A DNA stretch of 64,000 nucleotides, taken from Pseudomonadota bacterium. GTDB lineage: Bacteria; Pseudomonadota; Alphaproteobacteria; Sphingomonadales; Sphingomonadaceae. Made by a program: the position numbers and the translations under genes. The notes under the pieces are model-generated. The model saw nothing but the letters and a program-made list of their open reading frames with translations. It had not been told where the DNA came from and searched no databases. Positions 1 through 10,227 of this stretch are shown here, piece after piece (within the stretch, counting starts at the first letter, position 1; each line of letters begins with the position of its first letter). Location of the stretch: assembly GCA_040388155.1 (NCBI GenBank), contig JAZKCJ010000009.1, positions 202,028 through 266,027 of the forward strand, given 5' to 3'.

Positions 1-983
1 ACGGCAATCTGCTGCTCATGGTGCGCGTGGCCGAGGCGTTGCGCACGCCGATCGCCGATGGCCACATCCATGCGATCCGCAGCGATGGCGACGGCTATGT
101 GCTCGACGCCTGGCCGCTCGATTTCGTCGACACCTCCGACCCGCGGAAATTCATGATGCGCGGAGGGGGCTGGAAGGTCATGGCATTGACCTCGCTGTCC
201 TGGCTGCTCCCGGTGGAACTGTCGGCTGACGGCCGCGGGGTGGTTGCGGTGCATTACGACCGGGCGGTCACGCCGCGCGCGCGCTATCAATGCTACGGCG
301 TCGAGGATGCCCGGATCAGCAGGGTCGGCGACCGGTATCTGATGACGACCTGTTCGGTCAGTCCGGAACGCCATTCCACGACGTTGTACAGTTCCGAGGA
401 TGCGATGGACTGGACGCTGGAGGGGATCGTTCTCGATCACCAGAACAAGGATATGTTGATCTTCGAAGGGCTGATCGGCGGCAAGCACTGGGCACAGACC
501 CGGCCGCTCGGCGATCTCTATTTTGCGTATCCACCGGGCAGCGAATGGCGTGCCGGACCGTCGATCAACCTGGCGAGTTCGCCGGACGCGCTTCACTGGA
601 AGCCCTTCGACAAGCCGGGCATCCGCCCGCATTCGGCAACCATGGCGACGGCGCGCATGGGCGGCGGTGCGCCTCCCGTCCTGACCGACGACGGCTGGCT
701 CAGCCTGTGGCACGGAGTGGAGCCGCTCGGTGTGGTCGGCATCTATCGCACCTACTGGTCGCTGCTTGACCGAGACGATCCGTCACAGGTGATCCGCAGC
801 AGCCACGAACCGCTCATCGAACCGGCTCCGGCACTGACTGAGCCGCTGAAGGATTTGATGTATATCGACAATGTCGTCTTCACGACGGGGATCGCTGACG
901 CGGGCGACCATTACATCGTCGCAAGTGGCGAAGCGGACCTGGCCTGCCGGATCACTCACGTGCCGAAGACTGTGTTCGCCTGA
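1..983 (+). CDS. glycoside hydrolase family 130 / DUF377-type glycosidase or phosphorylase, 5' end cut by window edge
   Basis: ORF 18..983 stays open to position 1. The beta-propeller-like sequence (YQCYGVEDARI, DWT..GIVL, GGGAPP) resembles GH130 family proteins. Confidence 0.7.
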   Translation, partial: GNLLLMVRVAEALRTPIADGHIHAIRSDGDGYVLDAWPLDFVDTSDPRKFMMRGGGWKVMALTSLSWLLPVELSADGRGVVAVHYDRAVTPRARYQCYGVEDARISRVGDRYLMTTCSVSPERHSTTLYSSEDAMDWTLEGIVLDHQNKDMLIFEGLIGGKHWAQTRPLGDLYFAYPPGSEWRAGPSINLASSPDALHWKPFDKPGIRPHSATMATARMGGGAPPVLTDDGWLSLWHGVEPLGVVGIYRTYWSLLDRDDPSQVIRSSHEPLIEPAPALTEPLKDLMYIDNVVFTTGIADAGDHYIVASGEADLACRITHVPKTVFA

Positions 984-1061
984 TCCATCCCGCCTTCGGA
1001 AAAGGCAGGATGGGCACTCAGTAATGACGCACCAATCTTTTCCCGCTAACGCACCCTCCCG

Positions 1062-2198
1062 ATGCCGCAGCCCGTCAACATCCTGCACCTCCATTCGACC
1101 TTCAGCCTGGGCGGCAAGGAGGCGCGGGCGGTTTGCCTGATGAATGCGTTCGGCGAACGCGCGCGGCACACCATCGTGTCGGGCATGCCCGACCAGCTTG
1201 GCGCGCGCGATGCGATTGCGGCGGGAATCAGATACGAAATCGCGCAGGATCCGCCGCCGTTGACCGGCAAGCCTTCGGTCTCGCGCTACGAGGCCCTGGC
1301 GAAGTTCATGCGGCGTTTCGACCTGGTGCTGACCTATAATTGGGGCGCGGTGGACGGTGTGATGGCGCGGCGCGTCTTTTCGAAGGGCATGCCGCCGCTG
1401 GTCCATCATGAGGACGGTTTCAACGCCGATGAGGCGGGCGGGCTGAAGATCGAGCGCAACATGTATCGGCGTCTCGCGCTGCCGACCGCGCACGCGCTGG
1501 TCGTGCCGTCGCAGACGCTGGAGAAGATCGCCCTGCGCAGCTGGAAGCAGCCGCCGGAGCGTATCCACCGCATCCCCAATGGCATCGATACGGCCCTCTA
1601 TGCGGGGAAGCCCGATCCCAAGGCGATTCCCGGCTTCCGTCGCAAGCCTGGCGAGGTCGTGATCGGCACGCTTGCCGGCCTCCGCGAGGTGAAGGACCTT
1701 CCTGCCCTGGTCCGCGCGGTCGGCGGCGTATCGTCGCGCGTGCGCCTGGTGATTGTCGGGGAGGGGCCCGAGCGAGAGCGGATCATGGATACAGCGGAGG
1801 CGATGGGCATGGAGGACCGGCTCCATCTGCCCGGCTTCCTGCCGGAGCCGCATCGCTATATCGGCCTGTTCGATATTCTCGCGCTGTCGTCGAAGAGCGA
1901 GCAGTTCCCGATCGCCGTGATCGAGGGGATGGCGGCAGGGCTGCCGATCGCGGCCCCGAAGGTGGGGGATATTCCACACATGGTCGCGCCCGAGAATGAC
2001 GCGTATATCGTCGATCGGGGCGAAGTCCGGCTGCGGGATTCGCTTCAGGCGCTTGCCGGATGTCCGCCGGCCGCCCGCGCCTTTGTCGGGTCCCGAAACA
2101 GGGCAAGGGCTGTGGCGGACTATGATGAGGGCGTGATGATCGCCCGCTATGCTGCGCTCTACGAAGAGGCGATGGGCAGGCCGGGGACCCTGGCCTGA
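1062..2198 (+). CDS. glycosyltransferase family 4 (group 1)
   Basis: 378-aa ORF. The C-terminal region (LVIVGEGPER...SKSEQFPIAVIEGMAAGLPI) is typical of GT4/GT-B enzymes. Confidence 0.85.
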   Translation: MPQPVNILHLHSTFSLGGKEARAVCLMNAFGERARHTIVSGMPDQLGARDAIAAGIRYEIAQDPPPLTGKPSVSRYEALAKFMRRFDLVLTYNWGAVDGVMARRVFSKGMPPLVHHEDGFNADEAGGLKIERNMYRRLALPTAHALVVPSQTLEKIALRSWKQPPERIHRIPNGIDTALYAGKPDPKAIPGFRRKPGEVVIGTLAGLREVKDLPALVRAVGGVSSRVRLVIVGEGPERERIMDTAEAMGMEDRLHLPGFLPEPHRYIGLFDILALSSKSEQFPIAVIEGMAAGLPIAAPKVGDIPHMVAPENDAYIVDRGEVRLRDSLQALAGCPPAARAFVGSRNRARAVADYDEGVMIARYAALYEEAMGRPGTLA

Positions 2199-2252
2199 GT
2201 CGCAATTTTCTCGCTAAGCGCAACCCAAACGCTATATCGAACGTAAGTTAAA

Positions 2253-2290
2253 GTCGGAGGTCGTGTGTTCAGTCGGAGGTCGTGTGTTCA
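2253..2290. repeat. perfect tandem duplication of a 19-bp unit GTCGGAGGTCGTGTGTTCA covering the RBS and start region of the next gene
   Basis: Read directly: unit at 2253-2271 and again at 2272-2290. Confidence 0.95.
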
Positions 2291-3687
2291 AAGGTCTTAA
2301 GCCCATCATCTATAACGGCCAGGAAGTCTGGCCGCTGGTGGAGGGCGGAAAAGGCGTCGCCGCGACCAACCACGCGTCAGCCGGCGCCTGGGCGGCGGCC
2401 GGTGGTATCGGTACCGTGTCCGCCGTCAACGCCGACAGCTACGATCCCGACGGCAAGATCATTCCGCAGATCTATCGGGCGCTCAACCGCCGTGAGCGGC
2501 ATGAGGAACTGATCGAATATGCGATCGAGGGGGCCGTGCAGCAAGTCAGGCGCGCGTTCGAGATCGCGGGTGGCAAGGGCGCGATCAACATCAACGTGCT
2601 GTGGGAAATGGGCGGTGCCCAGCGCATCCTGCACGGCGTGCTGGAGCGGACGCGCGGCATGGTCGCGGGCGTCACCTGCGGCGCCGGCATGCCCTACAAG
2701 CTGTCGGAGATCGCCGCGTCCTATAACGTCAACTATCTGCCCATCATCAGCTCCGGCCGCGCCTTCCGCGCGCTGTGGAAGCGGGCCTATTCCAAGGCCG
2801 CAGACTGGCTCGCAGCAGTGGTCTATGAGGATCCCTGGCTCGCCGGTGGTCATAACGGCCTGTCCAACGCCGAAGACCCGTTGAAGCCCGAAGATCCCTA
2901 TCCCCGGGTGAAGGCGTTGCGCGAGACGATGCGCGAAGGCGGTATCTCCGATGACGTGCCGATCATCATGGCCGGCGGCGTCTGGTATCTGCGCGACTGG
3001 AACAACTGGATCGACAATCCCGAACTCGGCAGCATCGCCTTCCAGTTCGGCACGCGCCCGCTGCTCACTCAGGAAAGCCCGATTCCCGAAGGCTGGAAAG
3101 CGAAGCTCACCAATATCGAGGAAGGCGAGGTCCTGCTTCACCGCTTCTCGCCGACCGGTTTCTATTCAAGCGCGGTCCGCAATCCCTTCCTGCGCTCGCT
3201 CGAGGCACGGTCCGAACGCCAGATCGCCTTTTCCACCCAGGAGGCCGGCGATCACGTCTTCCAGCTCGACGTGGGCGTGAAGGGCAAGAATTTCTGGGTG
3301 ACGCGCAACGATCTGCTTCGTGCGCGTCAATGGTTCGGCGACGGTTTCACCGACGCGCTGAAGACTCCCGACAACACGCTCGTCTTCGTCACGCCCGAGG
3401 AGAAGGGCGTGATCCGCAAGGACCAGGCCGATTGCATGGGCTGTCTCAGCCAGTGCGCCTTCTCGTCCTGGGCTGACAGTGAAACCAATTCGACCGGCCG
3501 CCTCGCGGATCCGCGCAGCTTCTGCATCCAGAAGACGCTTCAGGACATCGCTCATGGCGGGCCGATCGACCAGAACCTGATGTTCGCCGGGCACGGCGCG
3601 TATAATTTCAAGAGTGATCCGTTCTATTCGAACGGGTTCGTGCCGACCGTGAAGCAGCTCGTGGACCGGATCCTGACCGGCGATTGA
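2284..3687 (+). CDS. nitronate monooxygenase / 2-nitropropane dioxygenase family flavoprotein
   Basis: ORF 2263..3687, with a long NMO-like TIM-barrel sequence. The start is probably GTG 2284 (VFKGLKPIIY) after GGAGG at 2275-2279; GTG 2263 is the alternative. Confidence 0.75.
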   Translation: MFKGLKPIIYNGQEVWPLVEGGKGVAATNHASAGAWAAAGGIGTVSAVNADSYDPDGKIIPQIYRALNRRERHEELIEYAIEGAVQQVRRAFEIAGGKGAININVLWEMGGAQRILHGVLERTRGMVAGVTCGAGMPYKLSEIAASYNVNYLPIISSGRAFRALWKRAYSKAADWLAAVVYEDPWLAGGHNGLSNAEDPLKPEDPYPRVKALRETMREGGISDDVPIIMAGGVWYLRDWNNWIDNPELGSIAFQFGTRPLLTQESPIPEGWKAKLTNIEEGEVLLHRFSPTGFYSSAVRNPFLRSLEARSERQIAFSTQEAGDHVFQLDVGVKGKNFWVTRNDLLRARQWFGDGFTDALKTPDNTLVFVTPEEKGVIRKDQADCMGCLSQCAFSSWADSETNSTGRLADPRSFCIQKTLQDIAHGGPIDQNLMFAGHGAYNFKSDPFYSNGFVPTVKQLVDRILTGD

Positions 3688-3754
3688 CGGTATCGGGCGC
3701 AGCCCGGACCTTCATATTGACGCGGGGGGTTGCTGCCTCGTAAACACCCGCTCC

Positions 3755-3783
3755 GGGCGGCCCGGCTGGGCCGCCCTTTTCTG
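3755..3783 (+). terminator. rho-independent terminator
   Basis: Stem GGGCGGCCC, loop GGCT, stem GGGCCGCCC, followed by TTTT. Lies just downstream of the stop at 3687. Confidence 0.8.
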
Positions 3784-3798
3784 TTGAGGAGACCTGCG

Positions 3799-4989
3799 GT
3801 GCCCATCACCCCACTCATGCCCGTCTATCCCCGCTGCGGGGTGCGGCCGGTTCGAGGCGAGGGCTGCTACCTGATCGGGGAGCAGGGCGAGCGCTATCTC
3901 GATTTCGCCAGCGGCATCGCGGTCAACGCGCTCGGCCATGGGCATCCCAGGCTGGTCAAGGCGATCGCCGATCAGGCGGCGACCCTGATGCATGTGTCGA
4001 ACCTGTACGGCAGCCCGCAGGGCGAGCATTTCGCGCAGCGGCTGATCGATGCGAGCTTCGCCGACACGGTGTTCTTCACCAATTCGGGCGCCGAGGCGGT
4101 CGAATGCGCGATCAAGACCGCGCGGCGGTATCATCATGCCAACGGCAATCCGCAGCGGCACACGCTGATCACCTTCGACACTGCGTTTCATGGTCGCACG
4201 CTCGGCACGATCAGCGCGACGAACCAGCCGAAGATGCGCGACGGTTTCGAGCCGCTGCTGCCGGGCTTCGCCTATGCGACCTTCAACGATCTCGCCGGTG
4301 CGCTGGCGCTGATCGACAACAACACTGCCGGTTTCCTGGTCGAACCGATCCAGGGCGAGGGCGGCATTCGTCCGGCGAGCGAGGAATTCCTCCAGGGTCT
4401 GCGCAAGGCGTGCGACGACCATGGCCTGCTGCTGGTGCTCGACGAGGTCCAGGCAGGCTACGGCCGCACGGGCAAGCTGTTCGCGCACGAACTCTACGGC
4501 GTCACGCCTGACATCATCGCGGTCGCCAAGGGCATTGGCGGCGGCTTCCCGCTTGGCGCCTGCCTCGCGACCGAGGAAGCGGCCAAGGGCATGGTGATCG
4601 GCACGCACGGCTCGACCTATGGCGGCAACCCGCTCGCCATGGCGGCGGGCGAGGCAGTGCTCGACGTGATTCTGGAGCCGGGTTTCCTTGAGAATGTGAC
4701 TGCGATGGGCGACCGGCTGCGCGCCGGCCTTGAGCAGATGATCCCCAATCATGATCATCTGTTCGACAGCGTACGTGGAAAGGGGCTGATGCTCGGTATC
4801 AAGCTCAAGTCCGACAGCCGGCGCTTCGTTGCGCATTGCCGCGACAATCACGGCCTTCTGACCGTCGCTGCCGGCGAGAATGTCGTGCGGATCCTGCCGC
4901 CATTGGTGATCGACGAGAGTCATATCGCCGAGTGTATCGAGAAGCTGTCCGAGGCGGCGCGGGTCTATGTACCCGCCAGCGACGACTAG
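3799..4989 (+). CDS. argD: acetylornithine aminotransferase
   Basis: Class III aminotransferase motifs ([20 protein letters not shown]). GTG 3799 is preceded by GAGGA. Adjacent to argF. Confidence 0.9.
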   Translation: MPITPLMPVYPRCGVRPVRGEGCYLIGEQGERYLDFASGIAVNALGHGHPRLVKAIADQAATLMHVSNLYGSPQGEHFAQRLIDASFADTVFFTNSGAEAVECAIKTARRYHHANGNPQRHTLITFDTAFHGRTLGTISATNQPKMRDGFEPLLPGFAYATFNDLAGALALIDNNTAGFLVEPIQGEGGIRPASEEFLQGLRKACDDHGLLLVLDEVQAGYGRTGKLFAHELYGVTPDIIAVAKGIGGGFPLGACLATEEAAKGMVIGTHGSTYGGNPLAMAAGEAVLDVILEPGFLENVTAMGDRLRAGLEQMIPNHDHLFDSVRGKGLMLGIKLKSDSRRFVAHCRDNHGLLTVAAGENVVRILPPLVIDESHIAECIEKLSEAARVYVPASDD

Positions 4990-4990
4990 A

Positions 4991-5914
4991 GTGGCCGTGC
5001 GCCATTTCGTCGACCTGTCCGACGCAGGTGCGGACGGCCTCGCCGCGATCCTCGCTGACGCGCTTGATCGCAAGGCAGCTCGTATCGGCTGGCCGAAGGG
5101 CAGGGCGGACGCTGATGCGCCGCTCGCCGGTCATGCCTTGGCAATGGTGTTCGAAAAGAACTCGACCCGGACCCGCGTGTCTTTCGACATGGCGATCCGC
5201 CAGCTCGGCGGCAGTTCCGTCGTCATGGACGCTGGCACGACGCAACTCGGCCGCGGCGAGACTGTTGCCGACACCGCGCGAGTCCTGTCGGGCTATTGCG
5301 ACGCGATCATGATCCGCACCGACGATCATGCGAAGGTCGAGGAAATGGCGACGCACGCCAGCGTGCCGGTCATCAATGGGCTGACCGATGCATCGCATCC
5401 CTGCCAGATCGTTGCCGACCTGCTGACGATCATCGAAAGCGGCAAGTCGCTCCCCGGGCTCAAGGTCGCCTGGCTGGGTGACGGCAACAACGTCCTCACC
5501 TCGTTCATCGAGGCAGCATCGCTGCTGCATTTCGACGTCGTGGCGGCCTGTCCGCAGGGGTTCCAGCCCGATGAGGATGTGATCGCCCGCGCCAACGGTC
5601 GTGCCCGGCTCGTCGCCGATCCGCGCGAGGCGGCCGAGGGGGCCGACATTGTCGTGACCGACACCTGGATTTCCATGGGCCAGCTCCATGCCGAGACCAA
5701 GCTTGCGGCGATGATGCCCTATCAGGTCACCGAAGCGCTGATGGAGATGGCCAGGCCCGAGGCGAAGTTTCTCCATTGCCTGCCGGCCCACCGCGAGGAA
5801 GAAGTCGTCTCCGCAGTGATCGACGGCCCGCAATCGCTGATCTGGGAAGAGGCGGAGAATCGTCTCCACGCCCAGAAATCGATCCTGCGCTGGTGCTTCG
5901 GCCAGATCGGCTGA
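4991..5914 (+). CDS. argF: ornithine carbamoyltransferase
   Basis: STRTR and HCLPA motifs. GTG 4991 lies right after the argD stop. Confidence 0.9.
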   Translation: MAVRHFVDLSDAGADGLAAILADALDRKAARIGWPKGRADADAPLAGHALAMVFEKNSTRTRVSFDMAIRQLGGSSVVMDAGTTQLGRGETVADTARVLSGYCDAIMIRTDDHAKVEEMATHASVPVINGLTDASHPCQIVADLLTIIESGKSLPGLKVAWLGDGNNVLTSFIEAASLLHFDVVAACPQGFQPDEDVIARANGRARLVADPREAAEGADIVVTDTWISMGQLHAETKLAAMMPYQVTEALMEMARPEAKFLHCLPAHREEEVVSAVIDGPQSLIWEEAENRLHAQKSILRWCFGQIG

Positions 5915-5960
5915 GTTGCACGGGCCATTTCGCGCCCTATCTTTTGGCTGATAAGGAAAC

Positions 5961-6037
5961 CCGTTCGCCCTGAGCTTGTCGAAGGGCTGTTCTTCCCGTC
6001 GACGGAAGGACAGGGCTTCGCCAGGCTCACCGAACGG
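5961..6037. repeat. REP-like imperfect palindrome, family A (CCGTTCG...GCTTGTCGAAGGGC...GGCTTCGCC...CGAACGG)
   Basis: The inverted arms were read directly. A related copy lies at 57735-57865. Confidence 0.7.
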
Positions 6038-6046
6038 ATTTGCTCG

Positions 6047-6958
6047 ATGGAAACACCCAATGCCGATCTCGACCGCGCGCTCGGCTTCACCATTCCGGCG
6101 CGCCATGCGCGCGGCCGGATCGTGCGGCTTGGCCCGGTGCTCGACGAGATTCTCGCAGCGCACGCCTATCCGCCGGCGATCGAGGCTTTGCTCGCCGAGG
6201 CGCTGACGCTCGCCGCGCTGATCGGGTCCACGCTGAAGGATGCGGGCGGCCAGCTCACTCTCCAGGCCCAGACCGACGGTGGCGTCGTGAAGCTGCTGGT
6301 CTGCGACTATCGCGGCGGCGAACTGCGCGGCTATGTCCAGTTCGACGAGGAGCGGCTCGCTGAAGGGCCGCAGGATCCCACCCTGTTCGCGCTGTTCGGC
6401 CAGGGCTATCTCGCGATCACCTTCGACCAGGCGGCTACCAAGGAGCGGTATCAGGGTATCGTGCCGCTTGATGGCACGACCCTTGCGGAGGCGGCGCAGA
6501 ATTATTTCATCCAGTCGGAGCAGATCCCGACCCTGGTCCGCGTCGGCATCGCGCGCGGGGCGGACGGCCGTCATGTCGCGGGTGGACTGTTCCTCCAGCA
6601 TCTGCCCGAGGGCGAGGATGGCCGCGAACGCCTGCATACCCGGCTCGATCACCCGGAATGGGAGCATGTCGCGGTGCTCGGCCAGACCATGGGGGCCGAC
6701 GAACTGGCCGATTCGACCATTCCGCTCGACTCGCTGGTGTGGCGGCTGTTCAACGAGGAGGATGAGGTACGGCTGCTGCCGACTGCGTCGCTCGTGCGCG
6801 GCTGCCGCTGCTCGCCTGACTATATCGCCTCGGTCCTGTCGAAATTTCCCGCGGAGGAGCAGCGCTCCATGGCGGACGAGAACGGCATGATCGTGGTCGA
6901 TTGCGCTTTTTGCGCGCGCAAATTTCCTGTGCCCGTGGCCGATCATTACGCTGCTTGA
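6047..6958 (+). CDS. hslO: Hsp33 family redox-regulated chaperone
   Basis: 303-aa ORF with the C-terminal CxC...CxxC zinc centre (GCRCS ... CAFCARKF). Confidence 0.9.
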   Translation: METPNADLDRALGFTIPARHARGRIVRLGPVLDEILAAHAYPPAIEALLAEALTLAALIGSTLKDAGGQLTLQAQTDGGVVKLLVCDYRGGELRGYVQFDEERLAEGPQDPTLFALFGQGYLAITFDQAATKERYQGIVPLDGTTLAEAAQNYFIQSEQIPTLVRVGIARGADGRHVAGGLFLQHLPEGEDGRERLHTRLDHPEWEHVAVLGQTMGADELADSTIPLDSLVWRLFNEEDEVRLLPTASLVRGCRCSPDYIASVLSKFPAEEQRSMADENGMIVVDCAFCARKFPVPVADHYAA

Positions 6959-7051
6959 ACATTGTTGAATCTCGTTCGCAACTGCGGCAGACATGATGCG
7001 GGTCGCTGGCTTGATGCCCTGAGGGGGCACCTGTGGCGAGCGAGGTTCTAG

Positions 7052-7483
7052 ATGTTCGATGTTCAGCGTATCGCCCGGCGCATAGTGGCCGGACTGCTCC
7101 TTGCGGCGGCCCTCGGTACGGCCGCGCCCGCGCGTGCGCCGCAGCTCGCGGTGCTGGCGCATATCGAGACGGGGCAGTGGCAGCTCAGGGAAGCAGGTTC
7201 TACCGCCCCGGCGCGATCGCTGTGCGTATCGGACCCGGCGGTGCTGTTGCAGGTCGGCCATGTCGGCGTGCAATGCTCGCGTTTCGTGATTGACGACGCG
7301 CCGGACAGCGCCACGGTCCATTATACCTGCCCGGGTTCGGGCCATGGCCGAACCACGCTCTCGCTCGAGACGCCGCGCCTGCTGCACCTGCAGACTCAGG
7401 GGATAGCGGGCGGCGCCCCTTTCGACCTCGATTACGAAGCGCGCCGGACAGGTGCTTGCACGCCGCGGGGGCCCGGGCATTAA
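7052..7483 (+). CDS. hypothetical secreted protein (signal peptide, conserved Cys)
   Basis: 143-aa ORF with an N-terminal hydrophobic signal ending ARA. No family recognised with confidence. Confidence 0.55.
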   Translation: MFDVQRIARRIVAGLLLAAALGTAAPARAPQLAVLAHIETGQWQLREAGSTAPARSLCVSDPAVLLQVGHVGVQCSRFVIDDAPDSATVHYTCPGSGHGRTTLSLETPRLLHLQTQGIAGGAPFDLDYEARRTGACTPRGPGH

Positions 7484-7569
7484 CGCGTTGGTTACCGCGT
7501 CATGCTAGCAAAAGGTCCGTGTCATTCGTGGGCACGGTTTTCTCCCTAGTCGCTCCGAGGAGCATCCCT

Positions 7570-7596
7570 GGGTCGCTCAAGGGCGGCCCGTTTTTT
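7570..7596 (+). terminator. intrinsic-terminator-like hairpin plus T6, 58 nt upstream of queC
   Basis: Stem GGGTCGC, loop TCAAGG, stem GCGGCCC, then G and TTTTTT. Confidence 0.6.
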
Positions 7597-7653
7597 GTTC
7601 GGGGCATGGCGGGATTGCGGATCGGCGCCTCAAGCCCTAACTCTCGCCCCATC

Positions 7654-8343
7654 ATGACAAATTCAACGACCCTGGCGGTCGCCCTGGTGTCGGGCGGCCT
7701 GGATTCGATGGTGGCAGCGGCGCGTGCCCGCGAGGATGGCCACCGCCTGCTCGCCCTTTCGGTGGATTATAATCAACGCCACCGGCTCGAGCTCGCGGCT
7801 GCGCGACGCATCGCCAAGCTCCTCGATGCGGAGCGCCATATCGTCCTGCCGCTGGATCTCTCGGCATTCGGCGGTTCAGCGCTCACCTCGGACATCGCGG
7901 TGCCCAAGACCGGCGTTGAGGAAGGCATTCCCGTCACCTATGTCCCGGCGCGCAACACGATCTTCCTCAGCCTGGCGCTGGGCTGGGCCGAGGCGACCGG
8001 TGCGCGCGACCTCTATATCGGCGTCAATGCGCTCGATTATTCGGGTTATCCCGACTGCCGTCCCGAATTCATCGCTGAATTCGAAAGGCTGGCCGAGGTC
8101 GCGACCAAGGCAGGGGTGGAGGGCCATCCTTTCCGCATCCATGCCCCGCTCCAGCATATGACCAAGGCCGATATCGTACGCGAAGCGGCACGCCTCGGGC
8201 TTGATGCCGGGATCAGCTGGTCCTGTTATGATCCGGCGCCGGGCGGCGTGCATTGCGGGCTGTGCGACAGCTGCCGCCTGCGCGCCAAGGGCTTCGAGGA
8301 AGCTGGTATTCCCGATCCGACCCGCTACGCCGAACTGCTCTGA
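7654..8343 (+). CDS. queC: 7-cyano-7-deazaguanine synthase
   Basis: SGGLDS PP-loop and C-terminal CGLCDSC zinc motif. ATG 7654 lies within the longer ORF 7456..8343. Confidence 0.9.
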   Translation: MTNSTTLAVALVSGGLDSMVAAARAREDGHRLLALSVDYNQRHRLELAAARRIAKLLDAERHIVLPLDLSAFGGSALTSDIAVPKTGVEEGIPVTYVPARNTIFLSLALGWAEATGARDLYIGVNALDYSGYPDCRPEFIAEFERLAEVATKAGVEGHPFRIHAPLQHMTKADIVREAARLGLDAGISWSCYDPAPGGVHCGLCDSCRLRAKGFEEAGIPDPTRYAELL

Positions 8344-8353
8344 GATTCCGGCG

Positions 8354-8986
8354 ATGAGCTATGCGGTCAAGGAGATGTTCCTCACCCTGCAGGGGGAGGG
8401 CGTGAACGCCGGCCGGCGCGCGGTGTTCGTGCGTTTTGCCGGCTGCAACCTCTGGTCGGGGCGGGAGCAGGATCGCGAGGCCGCGATCTGCCGCTTCTGC
8501 GATACCGATTTTGTCGGCACCGATGGCGCCGGTGGGGGCAAGTTCGCCGACGCCGCGGCGCTGGCGGCGGCGGTGTCGGATCATTGGGGCGAGGGCACGG
8601 CCGAGCGGTTTGTCGTGCTGACTGGCGGCGAGCCGATGCTCCAGGTGGACGATGGGCTGGTCGAGGCGCTCCACGCCGCGGGCTTCGTCATTGCCATCGA
8701 GAGCAACGGCACGATCGCCGCGCATCCGGGCATCGACTGGGTCTGCATCAGCCCCAAGGCAGGCAGTCTGGTCGTGCAGCGATCAGGCGACGAGCTCAAG
8801 CTGGTCTGGCCGCAGGCCGGCACTGATGTCGCGGCGATCGAAGGCTGGGATTTCCGCCATTTCCTCGTCCAGCCGATGGACGACGCCCGGCTGGCGGAAA
8901 ATCAGGCGGCCGCAATCGACTTTGTCCTTGCGCGTCCGCATTGGCGCCTGACGCTGCAGGCGCACAAGGCGCTGGGGTTGCGATAG
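8354..8986 (+). CDS. queE: 7-carboxy-7-deazaguanine synthase (radical SAM)
   Basis: LTLQGEG, CNLWSG and CRFCDT motifs. ATG 8354 lies within ORF 8201..8986. Confidence 0.9.
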   Translation: MSYAVKEMFLTLQGEGVNAGRRAVFVRFAGCNLWSGREQDREAAICRFCDTDFVGTDGAGGGKFADAAALAAAVSDHWGEGTAERFVVLTGGEPMLQVDDGLVEALHAAGFVIAIESNGTIAAHPGIDWVCISPKAGSLVVQRSGDELKLVWPQAGTDVAAIEGWDFRHFLVQPMDDARLAENQAAAIDFVLARPHWRLTLQAHKALGLR

Positions 8987-9010
8987 GGCGCCCGGGCTAT
9001 TGTCCGGGGC

Positions 9011-9694
9011 CTAGTTGATGGAACTGAGCTGGAAGGCGCCGCACTTCTTGGCGACCCAATTGCCCTTCTTGTCCCAGCACAGATCGTCGAACCGGGGCAG
9101 GGTGCCAGCCTGGCGCGCATACAGCATGCCACGCGGATAGCGCTGCTCGCCGCTCGGGATCAGGCTCTTGCGCAACTCGCGCGTGCGGTTCTCGGCGATC
9201 TGGTAGAAGGAACCGCGCGGCAGGAAGATCGCTTCCCGCGCGATCGACGCTGCCGTCTGGCAGAAGCCATATTGGGCGGCGACGGTGGTGAAGCCGGAAT
9301 AGGTCCGCGTACCGAACTGGTCGAGCGCCAGCTGACCGGCCTTTGGGGTCTTGGCGGTGCGCACGAAATATCTCGTCAGGGTATCGTAGGACTTTTTGAG
9401 CTCGTCATCGTGATTGAGCAGGATCACATTGTAATTGGACTGCGTCAGCAGGCTCGGTTCGAACTGGCATTGCAGCGCCGCGACGTTGAGCGCCGCACGC
9501 ATGTTCCATACCAGCGCCGCGCGCTGCTCCGCCTCGGTCGCGCCCGGGAGCGCCTGGCCCAGGCCGGTTTCGTGGCCACGCACTGCCTCTGCCTTCATGT
9601 CCGGCTCGGCCAGGAAGAACTGGGCCGAAGCTGGGACGGCGGAGAAAGCGCCCATCGCCACGGCGGACGCACAAAGAATACGCAACAGCTTCAT
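9011..9694 (-). CDS. hypothetical secreted protein
   Basis: 227-aa ORF with a clear signal peptide (ASAQ cleavage-like site) and several Cys. No named family recognised. Confidence 0.6.
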   Translation of the reverse strand: MKLLRILCASAVAMGAFSAVPASAQFFLAEPDMKAEAVRGHETGLGQALPGATEAEQRAALVWNMRAALNVAALQCQFEPSLLTQSNYNVILLNHDDELKKSYDTLTRYFVRTAKTPKAGQLALDQFGTRTYSGFTTVAAQYGFCQTAASIAREAIFLPRGSFYQIAENRTRELRKSLIPSGEQRYPRGMLYARQAGTLPRFDDLCWDKKGNWVAKKCGAFQLSSIN

Positions 9695-9815
9695 GATCGC
9701 CTCTTCATCCTCTCGAAGACCTGTCGGGCGTGGTTAAGGCTTTTCGATTCCTAACCCAAGCCCTTTCCTGCACATCGATTTTTCCGGTCCCGGCATCGCG
9801 CCGGCGTCAGAATCG

Positions 9816-9847
9816 AAAGGGGCCGCCCGGCGTACCGGACGGCCCCC
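9816..9847 (-). terminator. terminator-like GC-rich hairpin downstream of the small lipoprotein gene
   Basis: GGGGCCG...CGGCCCC stem with an inner CCGG/CCGG. On the minus strand it is followed by UUUCGAUU. Confidence 0.5.
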
Positions 9848-9871
9848 AACCAATCAAACCCTGGCGGGCGA

Positions 9872-10126
9872 TCAGTGCGAGTTGGTGGTCGTCGTGGTCG
9901 AGGTCTCGTTGGTGACGACCGCGGTGTCGTTCGCCATCATGTTGCCGTCCATCGAGGTGCTGTCGACGGTGGTCATGTTGTCGGAGATCGTGGCGTCGTT
10001 GCCCATCTCGGTGATGGCGGTGTCGTTGGTCGTCGTCGTCTCGGTCTTCGGGCCGCAAGCCGAAACCATCAGCGCCGCGCCGGCGATCATCGAACCGGTA
10101 ACGACCTTGGAAATGAATGCACGCAT
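9872..10126 (-). CDS. small Thr/Asn/Asp-rich lipoprotein
   Basis: ATG 10126 is preceded by GGGAG. Lipobox MVSAC. Low-complexity mature part. Confidence 0.55.
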   Translation of the reverse strand: MRAFISKVVTGSMIAGAALMVSACGPKTETTTTNDTAITEMGNDATISDNMTTVDSTSMDGNMMANDTAVVTNETSTTTTTNSH

Positions 10127-10227
10127 TGGAAAGCTCCCTAGATAGTGGATCTGGATGGTCTCGAGACCTTTAATACCCAAACCGTGGTGGACATTAGTCT
10201 GATATCGAGCGCCCCTCAAGCCTCGTT

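Noticed and set aside
4805-7480. 891-aa minus-strand ORF across argF, hslO and the hypothetical gene
   Set aside because: Antisense high-GC artefact. It crosses intergenic repeats, and its composition is not protein-like.
7541-7600. preQ1-I riboswitch upstream of queC
   Set aside because: A CUGGGUCGC string superficially resembles known aptamers. However, the required A-rich 3' tail and pseudoknot partner are missing on the sense strand.
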